A DNA stretch of 63,538 bases, the filler included, from Octopus bimaculoides (Eukaryota), in the NCBI RefSeq assembly GCF_001194135.2. It is 8 parts of 4 records of this genome, joined end to end, with 100 filler letters (N's around TTAATTAATTAA, not from the genome) between each part and the next. Parts side by side here need not be neighbours in the genome. Positions count along the whole stretch, not along the records: positions 25,776 to 37,480 come from NC_068987.1; positions 37,581 to 45,640 come from NC_068985.1; 6 more parts are not named here. One strand, written 5' to 3'. The translations under genes were made by a program, and so were the position numbers. The notes under the pieces are model-generated. The model made no database searches. It saw only the letters and a list, made by a program, of their open reading frames with translations, and was not told where the DNA came from. Every line of letters starts with the position of its first letter. Within the stretch, counting starts at the first letter, position 1. Shown one piece after another: positions 25,776 through 38,985 of the stretch.

Positions 25776-25995
25776 ATAATAAAAAAATATTCAGACAAAT
25801 ACATAACAAAAACACCAGGACTTACAAATATATATAACATACAGAAAATTGCATTACTGGGTACTGCACACATTCTACGCAAAACACTTTCAATACAGTA
25901 AACATAAGAGCACCACAGCAAACCACAGCACATACCCAAGGCGCACAGAGCTGCGCTCGGTAGTGAAGTGAAAGCACGTTATAAAAATAAAACTA

Positions 25996-26005
<10 letters not shown>
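25776..26005 (+). mobile_element. R4/Dong-like LINE 3' end followed by (TAA)n
   Basis: KYSDKYITKTPGLTNIYNIQKIALLGTAHILRKTLSIQ* plus 3' UTR; closely matches the reverse copy at ~47309-47530. Confidence 0.85.
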
Positions 26006-26046
<41 letters not shown>

Positions 26047-26266
26047 TATTATTATTATTATTGAATGAGAGAGCATTGCATGCCATCAAAGTAACACAAA
26101 GGTATACATATACGAAGTCCAATATACCCATCATGACTACCCGTCTGATATGGGTACACCATGCACATGCATCACAGCCACATGCATCACAGCCACATGA
26201 ATCAACATAAACAATGCATGACCAATGCACGCTTTAAAAATAAAACTACTGAATAATAATAATAAT

Positions 26267-26301
<35 letters not shown>

Positions 26302-26327
26302 TAATAATAATAATAATAATAATAATG

Positions 26328-26397
<70 letters not shown>

Positions 26398-26793
26398 TAT
26401 AGGTGTTTGTTTGCATGTATCAGTTTGCTGCAGAGATCAGTCACGGTTATTTATAGTGACAATAGAGATATTAGGATCGTATTGTATTACAGTACTGGTG
26501 GCATTTAGTGGATGGACTCAGCTCCCGAAATTACAAATTGCATTTTCCCTTCCCTCTCCCTTTACCATCCGGCGTTTGACCTAGAATTCCAAAAAGTTAA
26601 TTTGCTCGACAGTGTGCTCCTATTATAACTAATTTCATTATGATGAGCAGGACCTCATTTGAATCTTTTGATTTGTCAGATAGAACAAACAGAACCAAAG
26701 ATTCATGGTGACTATCCGGATGAAAGTGCAGTGAGGGCACGAGGAGGGAAGGAGGGAGGAAGTGAAAAAGAGAAACAGAGAAAGAAAGAGAGG

Positions 26794-26845
<52 letters not shown>

Positions 26846-27029
26846 AAGAGGGAGGAAGAGAGGTAATGGGGTGTTTAAAAATAACAAGAAAAACAGAAAC
26901 TTCCAAAACAGAAAATAGTTTGTACTGGAGTGTTATATAACTTAGTGTACAAACGTGGAATTTATAAAATGTACTTCATATTTCGATTATTATTATAGCC
27001 AATTATCATATTTCAATAATTATGTTTGT

Positions 27030-27108
<79 letters not shown>

Positions 27109-27244
27109 GCACACATATGTAAATACATTCACACACACACACGCACATACACACACTCATATGATTCGTACGAAGTAGTGTAGAATTAAATATATTCGTT
27201 TTAAGTCATATTTAACACGTTTAAGGGCATTCGGACGTAAATCT

Positions 27245-27695
27245 GGACTTATCAAAGAATATGACAATGTCCCAAAATTCTAGTGGCCTATCCACCATTT
27301 CACTGGCCCAATCTTTTCTCCGCTTGGTATTGGTTGGTGGAAGAAGTGACCTCTTCCTTGCTCTGCCATAGCAACCAAGTTTGTGGACATACCTGACAGC
27401 TGTTCTGGGATTGACATCAATTTTCTGTTATGCCAGAGGCCTTGCAATAAGGACTATCCTCCACAATTCTCTTAACAGGGTGAAGGATCCTGTCAGAGGG
27501 CCCTGGTCGATCTGGGCGAGATGATGTGAACACCTTCTCCTTTATGGTGAATCGCACAATCACTCTATTAACTGTAAAAAGCAGGATCCCAAGTTTTTCT
27601 GTGGTTTTACGCTAAAACCACCTTCAGATTGACACACAATACGGCCTCTTTGAAATTCAGACAACTCTAAGGTTTCTTTTGTACGTAGCATGATC
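27245..27695 (-). mobile_element. Tc1-family transposase N-terminal fragment
   Basis: MLRTKETLELSEFQRGRIV...TVNRVIVRF...RPGPSDR...FWDIVIFFDKS (HTH plus the first catalytic motif, W..V.FSDES-like). Confidence 0.85.
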
Positions 27696-28187
27696 AAACA
27701 GCCACATACAGAACATAGAAATTTCAATTAAGGAAAAATATAAACCTTTTCAAATTAAAATAAGCATAAAACGAAGTTTTATGGGGTGTCTATTTACTTC
27801 TGTGACTTCTGTGTATATATATTCTGCCATTGTGCTTGTGTGTACGCACGTACATGTGACTATATATCTGCGTATGTGCGCGCGCGTTTGTGCGTGTGTG
27901 CGTGTGTGTGTCTGTCTGTGTGTGCGTGCGCGCGCGGGTGTGTGTATATGTATGTGTGGATGTATGTATGTCTATATGTCTATATGTAAGTAGGTACAAA
28001 GCCTTAATCGCAACTGGTGGCTGAATATACTTTATAACTTGCCAATGTTTTTGGGTGTTTGCGCGCACGTGTATGTAAGCGCATATATATGTATGTATAT
28101 ATGCATGTATGCATGTATGTATGTGTGTGTATGTGTGTGTGTGTATACATACATGCATGTATACATGTATATATATATATATATATA

Positions 28188-28268
28188 TTATAATTATGTC
28201 TAGTATTGATAGCATAGAAAATATTTAAATCGTAGTTATGCAGAAGATACATACAAGTGTATGTCTGC

Positions 28269-28326
<58 letters not shown>

Positions 28327-28417
28327 CATATAGCAGACACACACTAGTACGTATCTTCTGCATAACTCGATACGATCTAAATATTTTCTATGCTGTCAAT
28401 AATAGACATAATTATAA
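28188..28417. repeat. ~230-bp imperfect palindrome centred on a (TA)n tract
   Basis: Left arm 28188-28280 is the reverse complement of right arm ~28320-28417, with several substitutions and a small indel. Confidence 0.9.
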
Positions 28418-29014
28418 TTAGTTAATATATCAATATAATTACCTGAATGACGTGTGAGCACCTGTAGCATCTGTTGTCTCACATGTTTTATGTCGTCTCA
28501 GGTCAACCCTGTCTGAGTAAACCCATAATCAAAGGTTTCTTTTTTTTCAAGCTGACACAAACTTATCTCGTCTCGTTTGTATGTCTAGTAATGAATTATT
28601 TCCTTCCTTAAGACGATAGGCATGATTTGATGGTATTCGAGGGCTATTTCTAGTAGGTATACTAACCATGTAGACGTTCCCTTGGTGGAACTGATTGCAT
28701 CAAAGTTCCTGGATACCATATGTGCTGCCCGAAAGACTGAGTTTGAATATGAGGTGACGACACTGCTATACACCATGACTGTAGAAGATATTCGATTGGC
28801 TCAGAATTCACAAGACTAGCTTTGACTGAAGAGACAAAACGACGTTGAAACACCGGATGTCTCAACGATTCCTTACGCTAATAAATTGAGTCCGTTATGA
28901 ATATACATTCGTTTGAAAGGGGCAGTTGCTTTCTATTGAGGAGATACAACAGCTATTAGCATATTTACGCTCCAATCTGCCGGAACAAACTAAGAACGAA
29001 TATATATGATTGCA

Positions 29015-29104
<90 letters not shown>

Positions 29105-29399
29105 ATTGTGTGTGCATGCGCGCGCGCGTGTATAAAAGACCGATTGGCAGAGTTGTTAAAAGATTCTATAGTATGTGTTGCAACTCTTATCGCTCCAAAA
29201 ACGCTATAGAAATTTATAAACTGCTCCAGGCTGCTTATGGATTAAGTTTTTCGCTGACCCAAGAGGTTCGGGGACGGTAGAGGTGGGGTGAGAAGCGATG
29301 AGAAGTGTTGGAGAGAGAGGGCCGCCAGAACATCAATGCAACGTTTAGAATCGATAATTTTAAATGTAGGTGTTAAGAAAATACGTTACAACAACCTGA

Positions 29400-29800
29400 G
29401 AACGTTGAAATAATTGATGAACGATTTAACCCCAAAACAATTTAGGCCAAATTTCGTTAATCAGTTAATCAAAAATTATCTTGAGTGAGTGGCCTAGGTA
29501 AAAATTTATTTGTCTCAACCCATCCTTAGCGCATATTCCATCTGTGTATAAAATTTCAAGAAAATCGGTTGAAAACTTTAAAAGTTATGGCAGAAAATAA
29601 CGTTCCTATGAGAATTTGCATTGAAATGTCTTATTGATTTTTGAAAATTGCAAGTGCGTAAGTGACCGCATGGACATATGCTCCACACACGTATCCAGTT
29701 TCACCAAGATCGGTTGGATAGTCTCGAGGAGTTAATGTAACAAATTCACACACACACACACACACACACAAACAGACAGAAATTGCCATTTATGTATATA
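29400..29800 (+). mobile_element. Probable non-autonomous Helitron/Helentron-derived (HINE-like) element
   Basis: Paired 'aaatttcaagaaaatcggtt' / 'tttcaccaagatcggtt' motifs, then (CA)n and 'acagacagaaattgccattt'; resemblance only. Confidence 0.4.
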
Positions 29801-30111
29801 TATATATATATATATATANNNNNNNNNNNNNNNNNNNNNNNNNNNNNNNNNNNNNNNNNNNNNNNNNNNNNNNNNNNNNNNNNNNNNNNNNNNNNNNNNN
29901 NNNNNNNNNNNNNNNNNNNNNNNNNNNNNNNNNNNNNNNNNNNNNNNNNNNNNNNNNNNNNNNNNNNNNNNNNNNNNNNNNNNNNNNNNNNNNNNNNNNN
30001 NNNNNNNNNNNNNNNNNNNNNNNNNNNNNNNNNNNNNNNNNNNNNNNNNNNNNNNNNNNNNNNNNNNNNNNNNNNNNNNNNNNNNNNNNNNNNNNNNNNN
30101 NNNNNNNNNNN

Positions 30112-30143
<32 letters not shown>

Positions 30144-30523
30144 ATAAGTAATACATGTATGACTATGTATGCGATTGCGCATGTGCATATATGATGGTGG
30201 GGGAGACAGAAGAATACAATTGCAAACAAAGAAACGAATCCACCTACAATTATGGTCGGCCCAAAAATATGGAGCCGAGTGGACGATATAATTGATTTGG
30301 CCATTAAATAGTGAGTCTCCAGTTCATCGGAAATCTATGATGTCTCTGCTGTCACGTTTCATTCAATGCTTTCTTCTCTAGTTACTGAGCTAATTCCTTT
30401 TATACTCCCTACATCGCATCACACAATAGTTCGTTCTCCACATAAAATATACACAATACACTCACACATCTCTCACACACACGCGCGAATATATACACAT
30501 ATTCACATACTTACACACACATA

Positions 30524-30571
<48 letters not shown>

Positions 30572-30586
30572 GGACAAAAGAACACG

Positions 30587-30712
30587 AATTACGTAATCAT
30601 CTTTGTTAGCTTACAGATGTATTTGTTGTAAGTAATGCAGTCAGCTCTACGTGTATTACATCTTAACTAGTAGCAGAAACAACTGTAAGCTAATGAAGGT
30701 GATTACATAATT
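30587..30712. mobile_element. MITE-like 126-bp element with ~30-bp TIRs
   Basis: aattacgtaatcatctttgttagcttacag ... ctgtaagctaatgaaggtgattacataatt. Confidence 0.7.
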
Positions 30713-31741
30713 CCTGCTTTTTTTTATTATTTATTAATTGATATTACGTTCATTACTCGTCTAACGCTTTCTAAAATATATCGAGTTCTAATAACTGGTT
30801 CTAATAGTTTTTTTGAATAGCAGCCTGTAGAAAATTACTATCTTAATGTGGCGGCTCAAAAACTGAAATAAAAATATTTTCACGAGAAAAAACTAATGCA
30901 TTGCTTTTATCTTATTAGTTTTAGTTTATTTTTTTCGTATAGTTAATATAGAAATAAATATACCGAGAAGTAACTTAATATTTAAGGAAACAGAGTTTAT
31001 CTTTGCACAATAAAACGGAAAAATGGAGGACGATTTCGTCTGCTTTTCTCCATAAATCTGCCAGATATTGAAAAATGAACTTTATTGCTTAAAAATTATA
31101 TCTGCTACTAAGAATAGTCAATTTTGCAAATTTAAGTCTTGTATACATAATCGTCTTGTTTACATAACCGTCTACCTCTCGTCCTTTAATAGCCTCACTT
31201 ATTGCAATAAAATTATGTTCACTGATGTGAAAAATTATTTTTGGTGTTTATCAAATATCTTGATAACTCAGACCGAAAAGGCAGTAACAGCGATAATGTT
31301 CGAAAACATTTTCCACTTCCGAACAAAAATAAAACTTGGATTGGCTCACTGATTAGAGCATCTTTACGGTACTTGTTTCAATTTTTTTACCCTTTTTCTA
31401 CAATTCCGTGTAGGTGCTTGTGGCCAAGGAGCACCCTTTTGCTTAGACAGGTAGGCTTGCAGCCAGCATAAACAATTTCAATGACAGCATACTGGGGCTT
31501 TTTTATTGAGTAGGGAATCAACAGTAGCCGAAGGAATGGTAAGAAGGTGTGTAGTAGGGAAACGTTTTATGGTTCTCCCCTTTTTTTTTTCACACAGTTT
31601 TTTACAGATTGATTTGGAAAATTGTTTGATAAAGGAGTTTTCTTATTGCCAAAGAATCACACATCAATACACTTCATCTTCTAGAACACGTATTCACTGT
31701 CATCTCTCTGTATTATATATTGCAATTACGATTACATCGGT

Positions 31742-32120
31742 GGAGGCGCTATGGCCCAGTGGTTAAGGCAGCGGACTCGCGGTCATAGGATCGCGGTTTC
31801 GATTCCCAGACCGGGCGTTGTGAGTGTTTATTGAGCGTAAACACCTAAAGCTCCACGAGGCTCCGGCAGGGGATGGTGGTGAACCCTGCTGTACTCTTTC
31901 ACCACAACTTTCTCTCACTCTTACTTCTTGTTTCTGTTGTACCTGTAATTCGAAGGGTCAGCCTTGTCACACTGTTTCACGCTGAATATCCCCGAGAACT
32001 ACGTTAAGGACACATGTGTCTGTGGAGTGCTCAGCCAATTGCACGTTAATTTCACGAGCTGGCTGTTCCGTTGATCGGATCAACTGGAACCCTCGACGTC
32101 GTAAGCGACGGAGTGCCAAA
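31742..32120 (+). mobile_element. tRNA-derived SINE family B, ~380 bp
   Basis: A-box TGGCCCAGTGG and B-box GGTTTCGATTCC; closely similar copy at 32520-32900. Confidence 0.85.
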
Positions 32121-32137
32121 ACGATAACATCATTAAA

Positions 32138-32330
32138 GGGGGCTAGTTGGCAGATTCGTTAGCACGCCGGGAAAAATGTTTAGCGGCATCTCATCCGTCT
32201 TTACGTTCTGAGTTTGAATTCCATCGAGGTCGGCTTTATCTTTCATCCTTTAGGGATCAATTAAAAATAAGTCGATCTCCACCCCCGAAATTACTGGCCT
32301 TGTGCCAAAATGTGAAACCGATATTACAAT
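32138..32330 (+). mobile_element. tRNA-derived SINE family A (diverged)
   Basis: 'ttggcagattcgttagcacgccggg' head plus core. Confidence 0.75.
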
Positions 32331-32519
32331 GACATCCGCTTCTCCTCGATAGCTAATTGCATACCACAGCCAGCCTTGCTACTCGACGTACTCTTCTTTC
32401 CTCATGCCGTCAACCATAATGTGAATCCTTCTCAAGGCTCTATATTTTTTATTTAGAACGACAACTTTCTGAAGTTCTTTTACCGGTCATGTTTTTCTCT
32501 TCTATTGATGTAATGTAGT

Positions 32520-32900
32520 GGAGGCGCAATGGCCCAGTGGTTAGGGCAGCGGATTCGTGGTCATAGGATCGCGATTTCGATTCCCAGACCGGGCGTTGTG
32601 AGTGTTTATTGAGCGAAAACACCTAAAGCTCCAGGAAGCTCCGGCAGGGGATGGTGGCGAACCCTGCTGTACTCTTTCACTACAACTTTCTCTCACTCTT
32701 ACTTCCTATTTCTTTTGTGCCTGTAATTCAAAGGGTCAGCCTTGTCACACTGTGTCACGCTGAATGTCCCCAAGAACTACATTAAGGGTACACGTGTCTG
32801 TGGAGTGCTCAGCCACTTGCACGTTAATTTCACGAGCAGGCTGTTCCGTTGATCGGATCAACTGGAACCCTTGACGTCGTAAGCGACGGAGTGCCAACAA
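32520..32900 (+). mobile_element. tRNA-derived SINE family B, second copy
   Basis: Colinear with 31742-32120. Confidence 0.85.
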
Positions 32901-33945
32901 CAATAACGATGTAATGTAGTATTTATTCACATTATTTTGAATTAATCATGCATTATCTCATAGTTTCAAGATTTGATGTGATTGTTTATTTTAGAATTAC
33001 ATTGTCAAGTAAGTTTGAGAAGCCCGATCTATCCGGTTTGAAAATGAAGGAAATTGAATATTTGGGTGTGAATATCAGTTTAAATGCATAAGAGCTAAGC
33101 TGAACATCAACCACATTAATCTCTTTAGGAAGGGCGAGTCTATGAAGGTCATGTGTTTAGATTGTTTCCCATTAACTAAACCAACAAAGAACTACGTTGC
33201 ATTATGGGTATTTTTACTGAAATTGCTAATATAACGTCTAATGCTGTTTGACCTTTGTTGGGGGTAATTGTTGCTGTTTAATATCATAAATAGTGTTTCA
33301 CTGCTTATTTTACTGTTTATACTTTTTGTTATAGTTGTTGTTATTGTGGTCGTTATTGTTATTACTACTGCTTTCCTACTTTATCTTGCAGTCGTTTGTA
33401 CTTGCTATTTCAGTTATTTATTCATTTTTTGATAGTTGTTTGTTTTTTAGTGTGTATGTGCGTGAGTGTGTACGCGCGAGCGCATGTTAGACAACAGTTG
33501 TTGCAAGTAATGCTGCGGTCGTTGTTGTTGTCATCTAGCTTCAGTTCAATTCTGATTCAGCAAACCTATCTACCATCAAGGTTTTTCCAGTCGTGACCAA
33601 CCTAACTTTTTGTAAATACCGAGGACTACGTTTTCCAGTGTATCCTACTTTTTAAAAAGACAATGGAAGTATATTTTGAAGGAATTTAACTGCTATTTTC
33701 TGCATATCTAATACCTATGCAGAGGCCCTAAGTTGGCTATTGTTATCTGGTTTTTGGTCTTTTTGAGTCCCAGGTAATTCCTGATTGCGTAGATGCATAA
33801 TTATAGACAATCCAGCTATGGCAATCCCATCCTTTTTGAGGCATATTGGGCCCTATAGTACATTATCCAACGTACTTTTTAAAACCAATATATTTTGATT
33901 TTGATTTGAGGGTGGTTTGGCTGTAATTTTTAACATGCTCTCTTT

Positions 33946-34015
<70 letters not shown>

Positions 34016-34119
34016 GCCTTGAGATTATTTTGTTGCCTTGCGTTGTGTGGTTTTTCTGGAGAGCATTTTTTTTGTGTTTAGGTTGTCAAAAAGGAATTTT
34101 CTTTTATCATACGCGCCAG

Positions 34120-34650
34120 TGAAGTTCTATTTCGAGTGTAGAAAGAATGTTGGGTCACAGTCTCCACAGAAATTCTTACTTGGGGCTTCAGAAAGCTATT
34201 GGGTCCACAAAGGATGTTGGTCAAGGTCTGCTTAGAAGTTCTGTTTCGGGTGTAAGAATAATGATGGGTCACAATTTCCATAGCAAATGTATTTCGCGTG
34301 TAAAAAGGATGAAGGCTCACAATCTCCTTAAAAGTGTTATATGGAGTGTCTCTACAGAAGATCTATTTCAGATATAAAGAAGAACACGTCTCACAGTCAT
34401 CATAGAAGTCTTGCCTTGGGTATGAAAGGAAAATTGCGTCGCAGCCTTTCTTAGAAGTTCTGTTTGTGGTATAAAAACTGTTGAATCGGTTCACGGTTTT
34501 ATAGAAGCTCCGTCTCGGATCTAAAAGGAATGTTGACTTACTGTTTCCATAGAAGTTCTATTTCGAGTGTAAAGCGGATGTTGGGTCGGAGTCACGATAG
34601 AAATTCTACCTCGCATGTAAAAATGAAGGATGTCAGGTCATGGTTTTCTC
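34120..34650. repeat. Degenerate ~48-bp tandem minisatellite, ~11 units
   Basis: Consensus near agaagttctatttcgggtgtaaaaaggatgttgggtcacagtttccat; 'agaagtt/agaaatt' recurs about every 48-50 nt. Confidence 0.85.
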
Positions 34651-35283
34651 AGAGCTTTGCAATTCTTTTCTTCCTGTCTGATTTCTTTTTAATGATAATT
34701 TTATTAAACTATTCAGTAGGAATGTTAGCTAACTGCTGTCTGTACTGATATCGCATGAAGTGATATGACCAATGCAGTTTATTCTAGAAATATACAGTGT
34801 TTTAGTGTCTCTTGCCTGCTCTGGCATAAATATGGAATTACATGTGTTTATCTCTTGCTTTTTGTTTATATTTGTTAAATTGTTGATTGTTGTGTTTTAA
34901 TGTTTGCTGTGCCAAGATAGCTGCTGTAGCTTTATTACTTTTATTTTTATTTTTATTCTGGCCTTATGTTTATGTTGTTACAAGCCGTGTTGTCTTTTAT
35001 CTTTTACTTGTTTAAGTCATTAGCCAACGGCCATGCTGGAATACAGCGGCCCTGAACAGAATTTCAGTCGAATGAATTGACCCCGGTGCATATTTCTTTT
35101 GAAAGGCTGGTACTTATTCTATCAGTTTCTTTGCCGAACCGCTATGTTACGGGGACGTAGATAGACCAGCGTCAGTTGTCAGGCGATGGTGAGGGGGCAA
35201 ACAAAAACACACACACACACAATGACTGAAACAACTAAAAGAATAAATGAATTTATATACATATATATGTATATATATATGGG

Positions 35284-35342
<59 letters not shown>

Positions 35343-36148
35343 ATATATATATATATATACANNNNNNNNNNNNNNNNNNNNNNNNNNNNNNNNNNNNNNN
35401 NNATATATATATATATATACGTACACATACACATGCGCGTATATATAGACAGATAAATATGTTATCATTATCATGTCACATTAAGTTCTTAAATCTTTTC
35501 TAATCCATATTTTCCATGTAATACTAACTATGGTTGTATTACTTGTGCTATTTCTTTCCTATTTCTAATTAATTTTCCTACTTCTAATTAATTTTCTTTT
35601 GATCATTAGTGATGACGATAATGGAGTAAGTTTAAATTAGAGCAAACTTCAACCCTACTGAATTTTAAAATATTTACTATCCCACTTCCTTTATTTAGAC
35701 TTAAAACTAATGTTTGGACTTTAAGACAATCAAATTAGACAGTGTTTGTTTTAAGGAATACATAGTCATAACTTTAGACACAATACTTTTGAACCTACAG
35801 CTGAGCAAAAGATCAAAAGCCATTAGTCCAATCACACTGAAATAATTTCAACAAAGAACAGATATTCAAAAATTTCACCAAACGCATCCTCACATAGTTC
35901 ACACCCTGTCCACCAGACACATTTTACTTTAACTGAACCTTCTATAAACTCTAGGTTTTCGTATTTTCTACACTGTTGTGAACAACTCAGCTAGGGATGA
36001 AACACAGAGTAAGAGATAAAGTGTCCGCTTTGAGATAATAAATATATGTCTATCTTCTCTACCTAACATATTGAGTTCTTTTCTCGATAATACCTGCACT
36101 ATGTATAATATATTATATTTTACTACTGTTACATAACCCTCACTCTCT

Positions 36149-36210
<62 letters not shown>

Positions 36211-36234
36211 CATACATACACACAGATACGCACG

Positions 36235-36292
<58 letters not shown>

Positions 36293-36403
36293 TGTAAATA
36301 TATACGTATGTGTGTGTGTGTAGGTTTGTGTAAATGCATAAATAATTAGAGTTACATAATTATCTTCATGAAAGCGATTGTATCATGTTAATTCTTTTGC
36401 CAT

Positions 36404-36438
<35 letters not shown>

Positions 36439-36639
36439 TGAATTTATTTATTAACATTGTGCTCACATTCTGGTTCATAAGAGACTCCGAAACGCAGACC
36501 GTCCGAGAATCCACACCTCTTCGCCTCAGACAATTTCTAAAATGTAAGAATATCGAATAGTATGAACTCGTTATTCATATCGCTGGGTTTAAGCGGAATC
36601 ATAATGCATACATATGATCATATATATATATATATATAT

Positions 36640-36706
36640 AAAATCAAAATAAGCAACAAGGATATCCAAAGTTAATGCAGATATCCTTGTTGCTTATTTT
36701 GATTTT
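36640..36706. repeat. Perfect 27-bp inverted repeat with a 13-nt loop next to (TA)n
   Basis: aaaatcaaaataagcaacaaggatatc / gatatccttgttgcttattttgatttt. Confidence 0.95.
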
Positions 36707-36785
36707 AATCACCTTATTTTGAAATTGTGTGGATAATACTATACTTAATTCTGGTACCTAAACTTACATACCATATTCACCTTGA

Positions 36786-36856
<71 letters not shown>

Positions 36857-36984
36857 AATCTATCTATATATATATATATATGAATGTATGATGGTTCTAA
36901 GGTGTAGGCACAAGAGGTGGTCAAACTTTGCATAAGGAGTAGAAACCACCATATGTTTATAGATATATCAAATATGTATATATG

Positions 36985-37030
<46 letters not shown>

Positions 37031-37589
37031 GCCTTTCTGTTTATCTATCTGTATGTATGTATGTATGTATGTATGTATGTATATTTTGTCTCTAAACTTT
37101 CAAAGAGAAACGAAGATCTCTTTGAAGTTCCAAAAACAAATTAGGGCCGTGTCTGCATGTTTAAGCTGAACTACATATATAGTTATTGTATTGATCACGT
37201 TTGTTTTTTGTACCACAACATGAGTAAACAATAAATATATTATAGTTTGTATATTTCTCTCTTTCTCGCTCTCTCTCACTCTCTCTCCCTCTCTCAAATA
37301 TACACATATATATCGTTTTCATATTTGTGTATAACTATACAAATATATACATGTGTGTATACATGTATATATGTGTGTATATATGTATATATGTTTGTGT
37401 GTGTGTGTGTGTGTGTGCGTGTGTATGCATGAATGTATGAATGCATGCACATTTATATATATATATATATATATATATATNNNNNNNNNNNNNNNNNNNN
37501 NNNNNNNNNNNNNNNNNNNNNNNNTTAATTAATTAANNNNNNNNNNNNNNNNNNNNNNNNNNNNNNNNNNNNNNNNNNNNATATATATA

Positions 37590-38287
37590 TATATAAGAGG
37601 ATGGTGATAATAATAATGATAATAATAATAATAATAATAAATGCGAAGGCGAATGTCTGTGTCTGTGTGTCACACTTTTTCAATTTTACTTCTCCGACCT
37701 CCTCTCTCACTTTTCAATGACACTTCTAAAAGTATCAAGTAATTTAACTATAAAACGTGTTTCATAACAATTCGAAACTGAAATACGTTTTGAACTCACG
37801 CTTTCATACAATATTACTGCTCATAACTCTCTTCCATAACTTTCGGCCGTCGGAGCTATGGAAACCTAGCGCACTCCGACTGCATGAATTCGACTTATTT
37901 TACTAGAAGATAGATTCGACTAATTTTATTAATGGATCCCATCCGACTACCTTAAAAAATACTAATTCTACTCTCTAAAAATGTTTCTTTCTTAATCCTT
38001 ACATTTTGACAAAAATCTGTCTCTAAATATTATAATTGTATCAGGTAATTTAACTATAACACTACTCTCAAAATTGTTTTTTTCTTAATCCTAACATTCT
38101 GAAAAAAATATATCTCAAAATATTATAACTATTTCCAAAAGTAATTTCCAAAATAAACATTTTGAAAATATCGTTCTCTGAATATTATAACAGTATCAAG
38201 TAATTTAACCATAACAAGTGCCTCATAACGTTCGGAACGGAAATACACACTAACACACACACACTCCCCCCACTCTCTCCCTCCCCT

Positions 38288-38384
<97 letters not shown>

Positions 38385-38985
38385 CAATATTACCTCTCAT
38401 AACTCTCTACCGTAAAAATGTTGGAACCTTAGTATCTTTTCAGATATTAATAAAATTTGTTGGACCTATTTTCATACTGTTGGCCGTCGGAGCTATGGAA
38501 ACTTAGCGCATTCCGACTGCATGAAAATACATTCGACTAATTTTATTATTATCTTAAAAGATACTAAAAAATACTGAATTTCAAGCACCTTTATGCTCAA
38601 ATACGTTTAGAGGAATTCCAAACCACAAAAATCGCACTTTAAAATAGTATTTAGCGACAGTGGTGTAATTTCCCTTCAAACTACGAACAGGAGTTTAGAT
38701 ATGTACCAGCCACTACAAATAATTGTTTGTACGAAAAGAAAGTGCCCTACGTACATCAAATCCTCTCTAAATTAAGAGGCGGCAGAAGAATTATCGTTGA
38801 ACTTTTAAAAGATAAGTTTATTGTTGCCTGCAGCCAGCTATATGTTGGTTGTTCAAGGATAGGACATGGAAACAAGCTATTTGTACTAACCTTGAATGGG
38901 AAGACAAAAAATGTTATCATGCAGCTTCGTAGTAAATTCCAAGTCGACAAATTATATCATTGTTTTGATGAAAATTGTTCACTGC
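37590..38985 (+). mobile_element. Helitron remnant with a helicase C-terminal fragment (~38727-38915) and internal duplications
   Basis: SQLYVGCSRIG...LFVLTLNGKTKNVI matches the Helitron GQLYVACSRVG...L.VL..NG.TKNIV motif; 'ggccgtcggagctatggaaac.tagcgca.tccgactgcatga' is duplicated at ~37845 and ~38481. Confidence 0.75.

Noticed and set aside
31742-31820. tRNA genes at SINE heads (also 23316 and 58028)
   Set aside because: A/B boxes are present but continue into SINE bodies and lack a proper acceptor stem
34120-34650. CRISPR-like periodicity
   Set aside because: Whole units are homologous with no unique spacers; eukaryotic context
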